Under the pieces are notes generated by a model. It saw only the letters and a list, made by a program, of their open reading frames with translations. It was not told the DNA's origin and searched no databases. A stretch of DNA of 64,000 bases from Octopus vulgaris (lineage: Eukaryota), in contig OX597820.1 in assembly GCA_951406725.2 (NCBI GenBank), positions 13,516,001-13,580,000 on the forward strand, read 5' to 3'. The position numbers and the translations under genes were made by a program. Below are positions 23,870 through 37,241 of this stretch, in pieces. The stretch's first letter is position 1. The number at the start of each line of letters is the position of its first letter.

Positions 23870-24880
23870 TTATCTTTTACATATTTCAGTCTTTAGACTG
23901 TGGCCATGCTGGAGCAACGCTTTGAAGAATTTATAGTCGGATGTATCGACCCCTGTACATTTGTTTTGAGCTTGGTACTTTTTCTATCGATATATTTTGC
24001 CGAACTGTTAAGTTACGGTGATATAAACACACCAACATCGGTTATCAAGCGGTGGAGGTGAGGGACAAACACAGATACACATACATACGTACATACATAC
24101 ATACATGCATGCATACATACATATATATATCTATTATATAAAATCCGTTCTGTGTGTGTGTGTGTGTGTGTCTTCTGGGATCTCGGGCATCCCTCATCCG
24201 ATTGCGCTCAAATTTCATATGTAGATACCGACGGTATCAGGGCGTGTATAAGTCTTGAAAAAAATTACAAAAATCGATTCCAGGTGAGAATGCGATCAAT
24301 AAAGCCGTGGGAACGTGCATTTGACAACTCACCACCGTCCATTGGACGGGGGACATTTTGCTCGCATATATATATATACGACGGGCTTCTTTCAGTTTTC
24401 GTCTACCAAATCGACTCACAAAGCTTTGGTCAGTCGGATATTATGGTAAAAGACACTTGCCCAAAGTGCCATGCAGTGGGACTGAACCCGGAACTTTGTG
24501 ATTGGGAAGCAAGCATCTTACAACACAGCCACGCCCGCGCCAATCTGTGATCTCGACGATTTGGATGGTAAGAGGTTTGCTTTCCAGCCACATGGTTCTG
24601 GGTTCAGTCCCACTGCGTGGCACCTAGGGCAAGTGTCTTCTACTATAGTCTCAGGCCGATCAAAGCCTTATGAGTGGATTTGGTAGATGGAAAATGGAAG
24701 AATATATGCGTGCGTGTCTTTGTGTCTGGGTTTGTTCACCAACACCGCTTGTGTTTACGTACCCATAACCGAGCGGCTCGGCAAGAGAGATCGATAGAAT
24801 AAGTACTGGGCTTAAACAATGTACTGGGGTCGATTAATTCAAGTATGGTCGCAATCTAATGACTGAAACAAGCGAAAGAT
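23870..24880. mobile_element. SINE cluster: minus CORE-SINE (23870-24080 and 24375-24540) split by a Helitron-like insert, then plus CORE-SINE (24565-24880)
   Basis: Recognisable SINE blocks on both strands, arranged head-to-head. Confidence 0.7.
24130..24364 (+). mobile_element. Non-autonomous Helitron-like element
   Basis: 5' TCTATTATATAAAA; subterminal hairpin CCGTCCATTGGACGG about 11 nt before CTCG (degenerate CTAG). Confidence 0.55.
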
Positions 24881-25715
24881 AAAATATGTGTATTCTAGAT
24901 GTACTTGAAGATACATCTATTACAATAGATACAGGCACATACAAAGATGGTATATCGGTTATATCCCAGTATCTACGGGTATGCATTGTATACTCTTATC
25001 CTCCTCCTCATCATCATCGTGGACAATAGTGTCTCAAATACGAAGACTAATAGGACTGGTTACTCGGTTTCCATGGTGTATAAGCGACCGTGGTCACAAT
25101 ATTTCCCTTGAACGGGTTCGTCATTTATAGATGTGTATACTGGAGCTTTGGAAAATGAATAGTTTTGCTCAAGATCACCACGCACCGCCCGGTCCGAGAG
25201 TCGAAAGCACGATCTTGCGATCGCGAATGCCTGAATGCAACGCCCTAACCACTAGGCCATGCACATTCACTATTGTATAATTTTGGAGATGTTAATACGA
25301 ATTAATGTTTATCGCTCATTCAACAGTATTGTTACTGCCATTTTAACCCCTTGGGAGGACGCCGCCTCCAGCAGGTTATTCAATGCACGGAACAGTCTTG
25401 ATGAAGGGGCTGATAAACATTATTTCTCAGCATAGTTACTACTTTCATCTCTTATAGGGATTTTCTATGTTAATAAGGTTTTCTCTAATTAGAGAAAGCT
25501 AATTAACGTCTTCTATAGCTTCAGCCTAAAATTAACTACCAAAACGAAATTATGTGTAGCAAATCCCTTGCTCTAAACAGAACGCTAAATACGTACAAGT
25601 CATATAGAAAGCTTCATGAAAACTTCACATATTAACGAGAATCCTACTTGATACCCATGGTTTTCAAAGACTTTACTGTTAATATCTATAGAAAATCTCT
25701 AACCTCTCACTGAAT

Positions 25716-26105
25716 GGATGGAAGCACTCCGTCGGTTACGACGACGAGGGTTCCGGTTGATCCGAATCAACGGAACAGCCTGCTCGTGAAATTAACGTGT
25801 AAGTGGCTGAGCACTCCACAGACACGTGTACCCTTAACGTAGTTCTCGGGGATATTCAGCGTGACACAGAGAGAGTGACAAGGCCGGCCCTTTGAAATAC
25901 AGGTACAACAGAAACAGGAAGAAAGAGTGAGAGAAAGTTGTGGTGAAAGAGTACAGCAGGGATCACCACCATCCCTGCCGGAGCCTCGTGGAGCTTTTAG
26001 GTGTTTTCGCTCAATAAACACTCAGAACGCCCGGTCTGGGAATCGAAACCGCGATCCTACGACCGCGAGTCCGCTGCCCTAACCACTGGGCCATTGCGCC
26101 TCCAC
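25716..26105 (-). mobile_element. Full-length tRNA-derived SINE (third family) with TSD
   Basis: TSD TCTCACTGAAT at 25705-25715 and 26107-26117; near-identical to 18519-18903. Confidence 0.85.
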
Positions 26106-27340
26106 TTCTCACTGAATAAAGCAAACATAAACAGCGCGATGTAACTTCAAGTACAATAAAACAGTTGAAGCTTGTGTTTTTAAGGTTGAGAACGCTTATA
26201 CCCTTCAATTTCCAGACCATCCTATATCAATAATAGACACCATTGTATTAACTGGTTCACACAGATCTTGAGTCTAGTATTGAAAAACATTCCTGGCTTT
26301 AATAAATAAACATTTCCCAAATAAGCATTAATGCAGAAAAATATTCAATAGAAATAACTTTAAGCCGAGTTTCAGTGGTGTAGCATTATAAAAAGGTAAG
26401 CAATGTTGAAGTGTTTATCTACAAAGCAGAACTCAGTTCCATTATACCAAACCATTGTGTGTAAATATTGTTTGTAGGGAGGAATGTAAATTCTGGCAAA
26501 CTCGCTTCGAGCATATTTCTTTCTTCAGAAATATTGAATAGAGAAAAACAATAAATCAATCCATTTGCATTTGATAAAACTGAAATATGTTACTGCATTC
26601 GGCATTAAGCACAAGGTCTTCGAGAGAAGGAAACCATATGGAAACAGTGCAAAACGCTGTGGTATACGTATAGCTGTAAAAAGCGTCATGCTCAAGAGAA
26701 TCAATAAATCCTCAGACTATTTTGATATTAGATCAGAGAACTTGGTCAAATATCACCACTTCGATGAATATCTACTGAATTACGAGATTATACCACCGAT
26801 TGAGCGAACGGATTAATACTTATTTACAGGGAGGAATCCCACGGTTATTTTTTCATCCTCGGTTTAACCCAAAAGGAGACGCTCCAAAGCCGAGAGGCAT
26901 TAAATCCAACCAATAACTCACTCATTGAAACTTGCATAACTTTAAAGGTTACTATACTTTAACAGATAGCTGTTTGTTAACAGCCCCTACAAAATTAGTC
27001 ATAATTCATGTTCTTACTTTTTATTTTTATCGAAACGAACCAACGGAAAACCCCAAAATCTGCGGCAGTTTCCTACATTGCAAAAGGTTTCTTAACTAAA
27101 AAAGAAATCAAATGATCAATGCTAAAATTATAAAGAACATTTAGGTTTAACCCAACTTAGATAGACGAACGATTTACTACATTCATATTCGCATTCGTCC
27201 TCTGATTGCGGCTTATTCACAAATTCAACCCTACAGCTGTATTTACTGTAAGAAACACAATGAATTGATATATGTAACAACTATAACAAAATACATATTC
27301 AATTGTTCAATTGGATTTCAATCGGTGTGTGTATGTGTAT

Positions 27341-28497
27341 TGGTCCAGCCCATAAATAATGCGGTTTTTTTTCGGTTGTATGAACTAAAAGTCGGAGGGG
27401 GACGGGATAAACTACCTGCATCAACTTGCTATAAGAGCAGGTAGTAATTTTACCTTATCCTTATTCTTAGTGTAAGTTTTGAAGAGTGCAGTTCGATTTT
27501 AACAGTTATTTTTTCAAAGCTATAATGGAAGTGACAAAGGAGCATAATCGGCATAGTTTGCTTTATGAGTTTAATAAAGGCAACAACGCAAAGGAAAGTG
27601 TGAGGAATATTAATGCAGTATATGGGAATCAGACAATAAGCGTAAGCCAGTGTCAATGGTGGTTCCAGAAATTCCGAGCCGGAGACTACAGCCTAGAAGA
27701 TGAGCCTCGTTCTGGAAGATCTGTAGAGCTCGATGAGGACGTCCTACAAACCCTGGTGGAACAAAATCCCATCTTAACTATTGAGAAACTAGCAGAGAAG
27801 CTTGGATTTGGTCTTTCAATCATTCATCGACACCTGCGTGCCGTCCGAAAATTGGGTGAATGGGTTCCTCACATACTTTCCGAGTCTAAGTGCGTGCAGA
27901 GAGTGAATGTGTGCTCTTCTTTCCTTGTTTGGACCGAATAGTGACTGGTGATGAGAAATGGAGTCTATAAAAATATCAAGCGCCGTAGACAGTGGGTAGG
28001 GAAAAGAGAAACTTCGGCACCCCGAGCTAAAGAAAATCTTCATCCTTGTAAGGTGTTGTTATCAGTTTGGTGGGATATGAAAGGTTTAATCTACTTTGAA
28101 CTTTTAAACCCAAACCAAACGATAACAAAGGCTTAAGTTAGCGCTAGAAGAAAAATGACCATCTTTGGTTTGAAGACGAATGATCTTCCATCAGGATAAC
28201 GCCTGGCTACATACAGCAAGGATGACATTCCAAAGGCTGGAGATGTTTGAATGGGAAACGATACCTCACCCCCTATATTCGCTGAACATTGCCCCATTTG
28301 ATTATCATTTATTCCACAGTCTTCAATAGTAATTCTGTAGATGAGGTCACAACAGTACAGGAGGAATATTTTTCGTCACAGGCAAGTGGATTTAGGAAGA
28401 GGGGCCTTCGAAGTTACCAAATAAATGGAAGAGCATTGTAGAAATTGAAAGAGAGAATATTCTAGATTATTTATGGCATTGTTTATGGTATAACCCA

Positions 28498-28500
<3 letters not shown>
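27341..28500 (+). mobile_element. Decayed mariner DNA transposon
   Basis: Degenerate TIRs (..CCATAAATAATGC / GCATTGTTTATGG..), TA flanks, ~1.16 kb. Confidence 0.85.
27525..28470 (+). pseudogene. mariner transposase pseudogene
   Basis: MEVTKEH..LLYEF..WFQKF..LEDEPRSGR, WVPH, VTGDEK, SVWWD, HQDNA and a YSPDLAPSDY-like remnant, broken by stops and frameshifts. Confidence 0.88.
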
Positions 28501-28551
<51 letters not shown>

Positions 28552-28701
28552 GGTTTAAGTAATTGAGATTCAAGTGAATTCTAATGAATTCACATGAATA
28601 TGGTCCTTAACTAGGATGCACCGGAAATCTATATGGTGTTAACCATACGACAAGTGGGGTGATTACAAATAGGAAAAAAGCAACAAGAATGGATTAAAAT
28701 C

Positions 28702-28785
28702 TCAGTACAATTGTTTCGTACGAGGACATCTTTAATAAGCTACAAAAAATGCAGTAAATACAGATGGCTCGTACTCGTCAGCCGA
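28702..28785 (-). ncRNA. Hammerhead ribozyme (left arm)
   Basis: Reverse complement of 30190-30273, with one G-U pair in stem I. Confidence 0.78.
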
Positions 28786-30189
28786 AAAAACATCAGAGAA
28801 TTCCAAAACATCAAAAGGGGTAGATACAAAAGAGGGTGTAAGATTAACTGCATTGAAGAAAGTTCGATTCCTGGAGATCCGATGAATGGTCTTAAACTTA
28901 CAGAATTTGTGCATGTCTACATATAGCTCATATTGAATTGCTAATCAAGTTATGTGAAGAAATTTCGGATACAGTCATGCGAAATTTCTGAAAATCCGAG
29001 TAAGAAGCAAAATGACTGTCATATCGTGTAGAGGAAAATCTGAGTAAGAAGCAAAATGACTGTCATATCGTGTAGAGGAACAGATTGTTATTGAAATTTA
29101 CAAGAATCGCAGATAAGTTCGATTCTTGGAGATCCGATAAAAAGTCTTGAACTTACAGAATATGTGCATGTCTTTATAGTTCATAATCCAGTTATGTGAA
29201 GAAATTTTGGGTACAATCATGCGAAAATATCAGGGAATCCGAATGAGAAGCAAAATGACAGTCTTATTCTGTAGAGGGCAGATTGTTATTGAAATTTACA
29301 AGAATCACAGAGGGAGGAGGAAGGAAGTAGAATTTAATCAGTTACTGCTATTAATGCTATCAAAGAGAAGGGAACGGGAAGCTAAGGGGATGGACACAAG
29401 TTGATACTATAAGAAAATCTAAACTTGTTTGGTGCAAAATTCGAACTGAGGTCAATTTCTTTCTTTCTTTATTTATTTATTTATTAATAGTAACATTTAT
29501 AAATAAAGAAATAAATTGTTGACCTCAGTTCGAATTTTGCACCAAACAAGTTTAGATTTTCTTATAGTATCAACTTGTGTCCATCCCCTTAGCTTCCCGT
29601 TCCCTTCTCTTTGATAGCATTAATAGCAGTAACTGATTAAATTCTACTTCCTTCCTCCTCCCTCTGTGATTCTTGTAAATTTCAATAACAATCTGCCCCT
29701 CTACAGAATAAGACTGTCATTTTGCTTCTCATTCGGATTCCCTGATATTTTCGCATGATTGTACCCAAAATTTCTTCACATAACTGGATTATGAACTATA
29801 AGGACATGCACATATTCTGTAAGTTCAAGACTTTTTATCGGATCTCCAAGAATCGAACTTATCTGCGATTCTTGTAAATTTCAATAACAATCTGTTCCTC
29901 TACACGATATGACAGTCATTTTGCTTCTTACTCAGATTTTCCTCTACACGATATGACAGTCATTTTGCTTCTTACTCGGATTTTCAGAAATTTCGCATGA
30001 CTGTATCCGAAATTTCTTCACATAACTTGATTAGCAATTCAATATGAGCTATATGTAGACATGCACAAATTCTGTAAGTTTAAGACCTTTCATCGGATCT
30101 CCAGGAATCGAACTTTCTTCAATGCAGTTAATCTTACACCCTCTTTTGTATCTACCCCTTTTGATGTTTTGGAATTCTCTGATGTTTTT

Positions 30190-30273
30190 TCGGCTGACGA
30201 GTACGAGCCATCTGTATTTACTGCATTTTTTGTAGCTTATTAAAGATGTCCTCGTACGAAACAATTGTACCGA
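30190..30273 (+). ncRNA. Hammerhead ribozyme (right arm)
   Basis: TCGG-CTGACGA-GTACGAG...CTCGTAC-GAAAC-AATT-GTA-CCGA. Confidence 0.82.
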
Positions 30274-30298
30274 GATTTTAATCCATTCTTATTGCTTT

Positions 30299-30338
<40 letters not shown>

Positions 30339-30710
30339 AAACCACAGTGAAAAAGGCTAGACACTGGATTTGGTTAAAAAGAGACGATGAGCGATGGCTA
30401 GAAGAATATTGAGCTATATTTAATAGCGAGTTGATCTAGCAAGCGGGGCCTCATATCAGTGAGGAGGGATGGTGCGCATTCTCTCCTGATGTCCCAATAC
30501 ACTTGCTGGTTTCCGGTATGCGGAGTTCTCGATTGGTAGCACTTGCATGTGCAAGTTGTTTGCAAAACGTATATATATTCCTGTCCGCCTTTATATCGTC
30601 TATTTGTCCGGATGTTTTGTTGTCCTCTATTGCGTTTTTGTTCCATTTATGTGCGTGTGTGTCTGTGTGTGTATATGTGTGTCTGTGTATATATATATAT
30701 ATATATAAAT

Positions 30711-30753
<43 letters not shown>

Positions 30754-30757
30754 AACA

Positions 30758-31121
30758 CATGATGATTCAAAAGTCTCCATACATAGGAAAACGTTATTTT
30801 TTTTATAAGAGACAGTTTATAAGATCCCCTGATCTGACCCCTTTTGATTTCTATCTTTGGGGGCATTTGAAAGACATGGTGTATTGCAGAAAGATAAAAG
30901 ACATAAATCATATGAAGGAAAGCATCACCGACTCCTTTGCACAGGTATCACCAGATGTGATATCACGAGTTCACAATGAGTTGGATAAACGTATTGCAAT
31001 GTGGATTCAGAACAATGGTAACCATATAGTGCCTGTTCAATAATAAAAACACTGTTCTTATAAACTGTTTCTTATAAAAAGATAAATTGTTCCTATGTAT
31101 AGCGACTTTTGAATCACGCTG
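30758..31121 (+). mobile_element. Tc1/mariner-superfamily deletion derivative
   Basis: ~65-bp imperfect TIRs (TGATTCAAAAGTC..CAGTTTATAAGA); internal transposase C-terminus RSPDLTPFDFYLWGHLKDMVY. Confidence 0.8.
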
Positions 31122-31148
31122 TAATATATAGATATATAAATATATAAA

Positions 31149-31460
31149 TATATATATATATATATATAGGCGCAGGAGTGGCTGGGTGGTAAGTAGCTTG
31201 CTAACCAACCACATGGTTCCGGGTTCAGTCCCACTGCGTGGCATCTTGGGTAAGTGTCTTCTGCTATGGCCCCGGGCCGACCAATGCCTTGTGAGTGGAT
31301 TTGGTAGACGGAAACTGAAAGAAGCCTGTGTTCGGCAAAAGAGACCGATAGAATAAGTACTGGGCTTACAAAGAATAAGTCCCGGGGTCGATTTGCTCGA
31401 CTAAAGGCGATGCCCCAGCATGGCCGCAGTCAAATGACTGAAACAAGTAAAAGAGAAAAG
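31149..31460 (+). mobile_element. CORE-type SINE with central deletion
   Basis: Complete head GGCGCAGGAGTGGCTGGGTGG and tail; microsatellite segment missing. Confidence 0.85.
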
Positions 31461-31612
31461 ATATATATATATATATATGATTCTAAAAGGAAGATACGAT
31501 ATAAACAGTTTAACCATACATGCCACATTGCTACCATTATGATAATATATAAGAATCCGATGAAAAGTAGTGCTGTTCTATGTGGTTAATTTACAAACTT
31601 TGTTTGTAGGAC

Positions 31613-31731
31613 GAAACGAGGGTCCCAGCTCGGAACGAGGGTCCCAGCTCGAAACGAAGCGTCCCAGCTCGAAACGAGGGTCCCAGCTCGAAACGAGGGT
31701 CCCAGCTCGGAACGAGGGTCCCAGCACGAAA
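31613..31731. repeat. 19-bp tandem repeat, about 6 copies
   Basis: Unit GAAACGAGGGTCCCAGCTC. Confidence 0.9.
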
Positions 31732-31800
31732 AGTTAGGCTGCCTTTTTTCGGCATGATAAAATTAATTTACTCCACGCTGCAAACAACCTTTATTACCAA

Positions 31801-32200
31801 CTAGCAGTATCGCCCGGCGTTGCTCGGGTTTGTAAGGGAAATAACTATATAAGCATTTTTAGAGAGTTATAGTAAAAAAAATAGCAAAAAAATGCATTAA
31901 AAATGGGAAAAAAATGATGGTAAATTTTTTTTAAATCGTTGACTCATCGTAGACATTTTTAGAGAGTTACTTCCCTTTTTTTAATAGCGAAAAAAATGCA
32001 TTAAAATGGAAAAAAATGATGGTAAATTTTTTCTTAAATCGTAGACTCATCGTAGACGCGCACTAATACCCAGAATGGCTCGATATGAATCACGACTATA
32101 AGATACCCGCTTTTGGTTAAACTGCACCGCAAAATGTGGGAGTAGTTAGGAATCTAAATCGTAGGAGACAGACACACAACCTCTCTTTTATATATAAAGA
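31801..32200 (-). mobile_element. Non-autonomous Helitron
   Basis: Minus strand A|TCTTTATATATAAAA...CCCGAGCAACGCCGGG hairpin..CTAG|T; no TSD; second copy at 41170-41567. Confidence 0.8.
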
Positions 32201-32515
32201 TATTTCATAAATATTTTTTATCGAACACTGAAAATCTCAATGCAAACTTCACAGGGATATTATTGAAGAGTAATTGATACATTTAATCCTGTAAAAACAA
32301 AACCTCCCTGGCCAACCACTTCCGCCAAACTCCACCACGCCAATTGTTTTAAATATTGATTCTAAGACGAATATTAGAATTGTTTGGAAGAAAGAGAAAA
32401 CGAGGAGTATCCATGTGAATTTTTTTTTATGATTGTTTTGTATTTGTTTTACGTTCTCTTTGATTTTGTTATCTATTTGTTTTGTATTTGGTTTCGTGTG
32501 TAAAAATATATGAAT

Positions 32516-32546
<31 letters not shown>

Positions 32547-32659
32547 CTCGTATATGATGGGTTTTTCAATGTTTCATCTTTTCATCTACATGTTTAATTA
32601 TTTTACCTTTTTAAAGTGTGTATATATATGTGTCGGGGCATGAGGGTGTATACGTCTGT

Positions 32660-32666
32660 ACTTGTG

Positions 32667-32728
<62 letters not shown>

Positions 32729-33285
32729 TGTATGTATATATGTATGTATATATGTATGTATGTATGTATGTATATATTATGTTTGTGTATATATCTGTAT
32801 GTATGTATGTATGTAAGTACGTATACACGCTTATACCTATGTATGTATACACGCTTGTATGTATGTATGTATTTATGTATGTACGCACGTATGTATGTGC
32901 GTAAGTATGTATACACACTTGTATGTATGTATGTATGTATGTACGTACGTACGTATGTGCGTAAGTATGTATACACGCTTGTATGTATGTATGTACGTAC
33001 GTACATACGTACGTATGTATGTAAGTATGTATACACGCTTGTATGTATGTATGTATGTATGTATGTATGTACGTACGCACGTATGTATGTGCGTAAGTAT
33101 GTATACACTCTTGTATGTATGTATGTATGTACGTACGTATGTACGTAAGTATGTACACACGCTTGTATGTATGTATGTATGTATGTACGTATGTACATAA
33201 GTATGTATACACGCTTGTATGTATGTATGTACGTACGTACGTATGTATGTGCGTAAGTATGTATACACGCTTGTATGTATGTAGA
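32660..33285. repeat. Compound (TA)n/(TATG)n microsatellite with higher-order units
   Basis: Recurring GTAAGTATGTATACACGCTT unit among TATG runs. Confidence 0.9.
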
Positions 33286-33399
33286 GTTTAATTGATTTGC
33301 ATTGGTCTCATATTTTGGAATTTTTATCTCATTTTCGTGTTTTGTCCTTTTACTTCTTTTTTGGGGGTTTTTGTTAGTTGTGATGTTTTATTATCATCT

Positions 33400-33910
33400 A
33401 TTCTTTTTTCTTCTTTCTCTACTTTTTCTTCGCTTTCTCTTTACTCTCTCTTCTCTTTCTCTTCTTTTTCTTCTCTCTCTCTTCTTTTCCTCTTCTTTCT
33501 CTTTTTCTTCTCTCTTCTCTTTCTCTTTTTCTTTTTCCTTCTCTCCTTTTTCTTCTCTCCTTTTCCTCTTCCTCTTTCTTTTCTTTTCTTCTCTCTCTCT
33601 TCTCTTTCTTTTCTTCTTCTTCTACCCCTTCTTTTTCTTCTCTCTTTTCCTCTTCTTCTCTCTCTCTCTCTTCTCTCCTTTTCCTCTTCTTCTTTCTCTT
33701 TTTTCTTCTTCTCTCTCTTCTCTTTCTGTTTTTTCTTTTTCCTTCTCTTCTTTACCTCTTCTCTTCCTCTTTCTTTTCTTTTTCTTCTCTCTCTTTTCTC
33801 TTTCTTTTCTTCTTCTACCCCCTTTTTCTTTTCTCTCTTTCTCTTCTTTTCTTCTCTTTTTTCCTCTTCTTCTCTCTCTCTCTTCTCTCTCTTCTTTTCC
33901 TCTTCTTTTC
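33400..33910. repeat. Polypyrimidine (CT/CTT) low-complexity tract
   Basis: Almost pure C/T; a purine-rich tract follows at 34230-34500. Confidence 0.9.
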
Positions 33911-34589
33911 ATGATTTTAATTATAGTTTATATATATATATATATTCATTTTGCTATGGTTTTCATTGTTTTCTTTATCTCTTATGCTAGAATCTACTTT
34001 TAAGCGTCATACAGTGTAACATCGCACGCATAGAGTGATACTTATGCACAAAGACATACACTCACACTCACACTCACTCACACGCACGAACGCGCACACA
34101 CACACAAAAGCACATAGGTACATACATACGTGCCCGCATATAGGAGTTTGTGTGTGTATATAAAGTCTGTGGATATATATGTTTATTTATGTCTGTGTGT
34201 GTGTGTATAAAGGAGAGTGATGATGATGATGGGGGGAGGAAGAGGAGGAAGAGGAAGAGGAGGGGGAAGGAAAAGAGGAGGAAGAGGGTGATGGAGAGGA
34301 AGAGAAGGACGAGGAGGAGGAGAGAGAAAGGGGGAGGAGGAGGGGAAGAAGGGGAGAGAGATGAGGAGGGGAGGAGGAGGAGGAGGAGGAGGAGAGGAAG
34401 AGAAGAAGAAGAAAAAGATGAAGAGGAAGAAGAAGATAAAGAAGAAGATGATGAAGAAGAAGAATGAGGAGTAGGAGAAGAAGAAGAAGTAGAAGACCAG
34501 TAACATTGTTGGGATCAGTTGTGAGAAAAGTGGAAGAGTAGAATCGCAGATTGGGCAAAATGTTGATAGTATGTTCTTTTCTACTCTAG

Positions 34590-34905
34590 GCACAAGGTCC
34601 GAAATTTGAAGGGAGGGGGCTAGTTGATTAGATCGACCCCAGTACGTAACTGGTACTTAGTTTAACGACCTCGAAAGGATAAAAGACAAAATCGATCTCG
34701 GCGGAATCTGAACTCAGGCGAAATACCTATTTCTTTACTACCCACAAGGGGCTAAACACAGAGGGGACAAACAAGGACAGACAAAGAGAGTAAGTCGATT
34801 ACATGGACCCCAGTGCGTAACTGGTACTTATTTATCGACCCTGAAAGGATGAAAGACAAAGTCGACCTCGGCGGAATTTGAACTCAGAACGTAACGGCAG
34901 ACGTT
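34590..34905 (-). mobile_element. Meta-domain-like SINE, tandem pieces
   Basis: Two successive GAAAGGAT.AAAG.CAAA.TCGA.CTCGGCGGAAT.TGAACTCAG blocks with different tails. Confidence 0.7.
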
Positions 34906-35574
34906 ACATCTTTTTTAAATGTGTGCAGTGAACCATAATGAAATTCTACCCCTCCATAACCCCATCACTTCTTTCAAACTCTTAAAAGTAGAAGTTTTAT
35001 TACGAAGTGGTTGTGACATTAATGTTATTATGCATTTTAAGAACAAGTTGCAAATTTGCGATAATTCTTTGGGAGTGAACTGAAGTGAAACTAGTGGCCA
35101 AGTTTTGGTTGAGTTATATATAGAATCTTACGATAAGGTTGAAGTTTCGGGATGAAAATGTTTGTCAATTTAAAGATATACCTCGGAAGGGAATCTGCTC
35201 TGCGGAGTTCGATCTCCGCCATGATAATGGATTTTCCTTTTGAAAAGTACAAATGATCAAATAATGAATGTGGTATATTGATCTAATTAAAAAGTCAGAT
35301 TTAAAACTTACAATAAATATGAATCTAAGTATAGTCAGTGTTTTTTTTTTAGATAACTTTAAAGTACTGATAAACACGGCCGTTATAATACACGTAACGA
35401 GAAATCATAATACGTAAGTATAGTTCCAAGTATAACCAAACAATGCTGCAAAAAATATTAGTAATCTCACCCCATTGTTGAGAAGTCTTTTAATCACGTT
35501 GTTCTTTACGATATAGTTACTTTGAAATGAAGGTGATTTCAAAGGTAGCATATTTTGTTATTTTGTTTGGTATC

Positions 35575-36193
35575 AAATTTTGGCACAAGGCCAGCAATTT
35601 CGGGTGAGGAATAATTCAATTACATCGTCTCCAGTACTTGACGGGCACTTATTTCATGGACGACGAGAGGACGAAAGGTAAAGTCAACCCCGGCAGCATT
35701 TGAATTCAGGTGATAAAGTCAGAAGAAATGCCGCTAAGAATTTTGTCCGGCGAGTAACGATTCTGCCAGCTTACCTATTTCTTTACTACCTATAAGGGGG
35801 TAAATACAGAAAGGACAAACAAGGACAGACAAACGGATTAAGTCGATTACATCGACCCCAGTGCGTAACTGGTACTTATTTAATCGACCCCGAAAGGATG
35901 AAAGGCAAAGTCGACCTCGGCGGAATTTGAACTCAGAACGTAGCGGCAGACGAAATACCTATTTCTTTACTACCTACAAGGGACTAAATACAGAGAGGAC
36001 AAACAAGGACAGACAAACGGATTAAGTCGATTACATCGACCCCAGTGCGTAACTGGTACTTATTTAATCGACTCCGAAAGGATGAAAGGCAAAGTCGACC
36101 TCGGCAGAATTTGAACTCAGAACGTAACGGCAGACGAAATACGGCTAAGCATTTCGCCCGGCGTGCTAACGTTTCTGCCAGCTCGCCGCCTTA
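35575..36193 (-). mobile_element. Meta-domain-like SINE cluster: one tRNA head with two head-to-tail 184-bp bodies, plus an older copy
   Basis: Head AAGGCGGCGAGCTGGCAGAAACGTTAGC; unit repeats start at 35774 and 35958. Confidence 0.8.
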
Positions 36194-36777
36194 AAGATGT
36201 ATATATTACATACAGGCCATTGCTAATATTCATAAGCGAAACAATGGAATTATATGGTACAATCTTCCCTATTCTTTAAATGTTCCTTCAATGATACCTG
36301 AAAATTCCTTAACACTACAAATAAGACTTCTTAAACGTTTTTCTCAAACACTTTGCTGCTTTTATAGTCAAAATGAAGAGAAGAAAGGTTTTGAATACAG
36401 ACACATAAAACTCTTCTGAAACTATTTTCTCACCTTCCAACGGTAAAATAAACATTTTCCAGCGAAATTTTTCAGTGGCCAATCAAATTTCGGTTTACTA
36501 TTAACTTTTCATAATTCGATGATAAATCATATTCGATATTTGTCGTATGAACTATCGTACTGTTACATGTCATCAATCATCTCAAGAATTGCTACCACGA
36601 CATTCATAACTATAAGGTGAGATAATTCGGTTTCTAAAAATACATAAAAGCAACAACTTTCACACCATGCGCATACATACTTATACTTATATATGTATGA
36701 GTGTATTTCAACACTCACAAACACACACATGCCAGCATACATACATACATACATACACGTATTCGTACATAAATATG

Positions 36778-36828
<51 letters not shown>

Positions 36829-37241
36829 GGATAGGGGTAGTGTGTGTGTAGAGAGAGGTGTGAATTGAGTTAGCAATTTTAGTTCCATTATGATACCACA
36901 CTTGAAGTATTATTTGTCACTTATCGAATAAAACAAACCTACTGGTTTAGAACTAAGTTCACAACACTTTATTTACATTATTTACATTTTACGGATATTT
37001 GTCCTCACCTTGTTTGCTGTCTAAGTGTTCTCGTGAAGCTTGAAGTGTCTTCGCTCAATAAACACTCACATCACCCGGTCTGGCAATCGAAATCACCGAG
37101 TCCGCTGCCCTAACCACTGGGCCATTGCGCCTGCATAAATATATATATATTTTTTATTTTTATCTAGTTTCAGCTCACGAGCTGTCGCCATGCTGGATAT
37201 ATATATACTTACATATATATATATATATACTTACATATATA

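Larger units (their letters stand above)
28551..30302. repeat. 1.63-kb fold-back palindrome (arms 28673-29455 and 29519-30302) plus 120-bp unpaired left extension, flanked by (TA)n
   Basis: Arms about 99% identical by eye (mirror ORFs 28711..28926 and 30049..30264); 63-bp AT spacer; internal ~254-bp direct repeat. Confidence 0.95.

Noticed and set aside
26565-26816. 83-aa ORF in unique sequence
   Set aside because: Non-ATG start, no motif and no clear splice signals.
28711-30264. Duplicated 71-aa and 60-aa ORFs
   Set aside because: Mirror products of the palindrome arms, overlapping the ribozyme; no protein motif.
33292-34593. F/S/L-rich and E/R-rich ORFs
   Set aside because: Polypyrimidine and polypurine low-complexity tracts; no domain.
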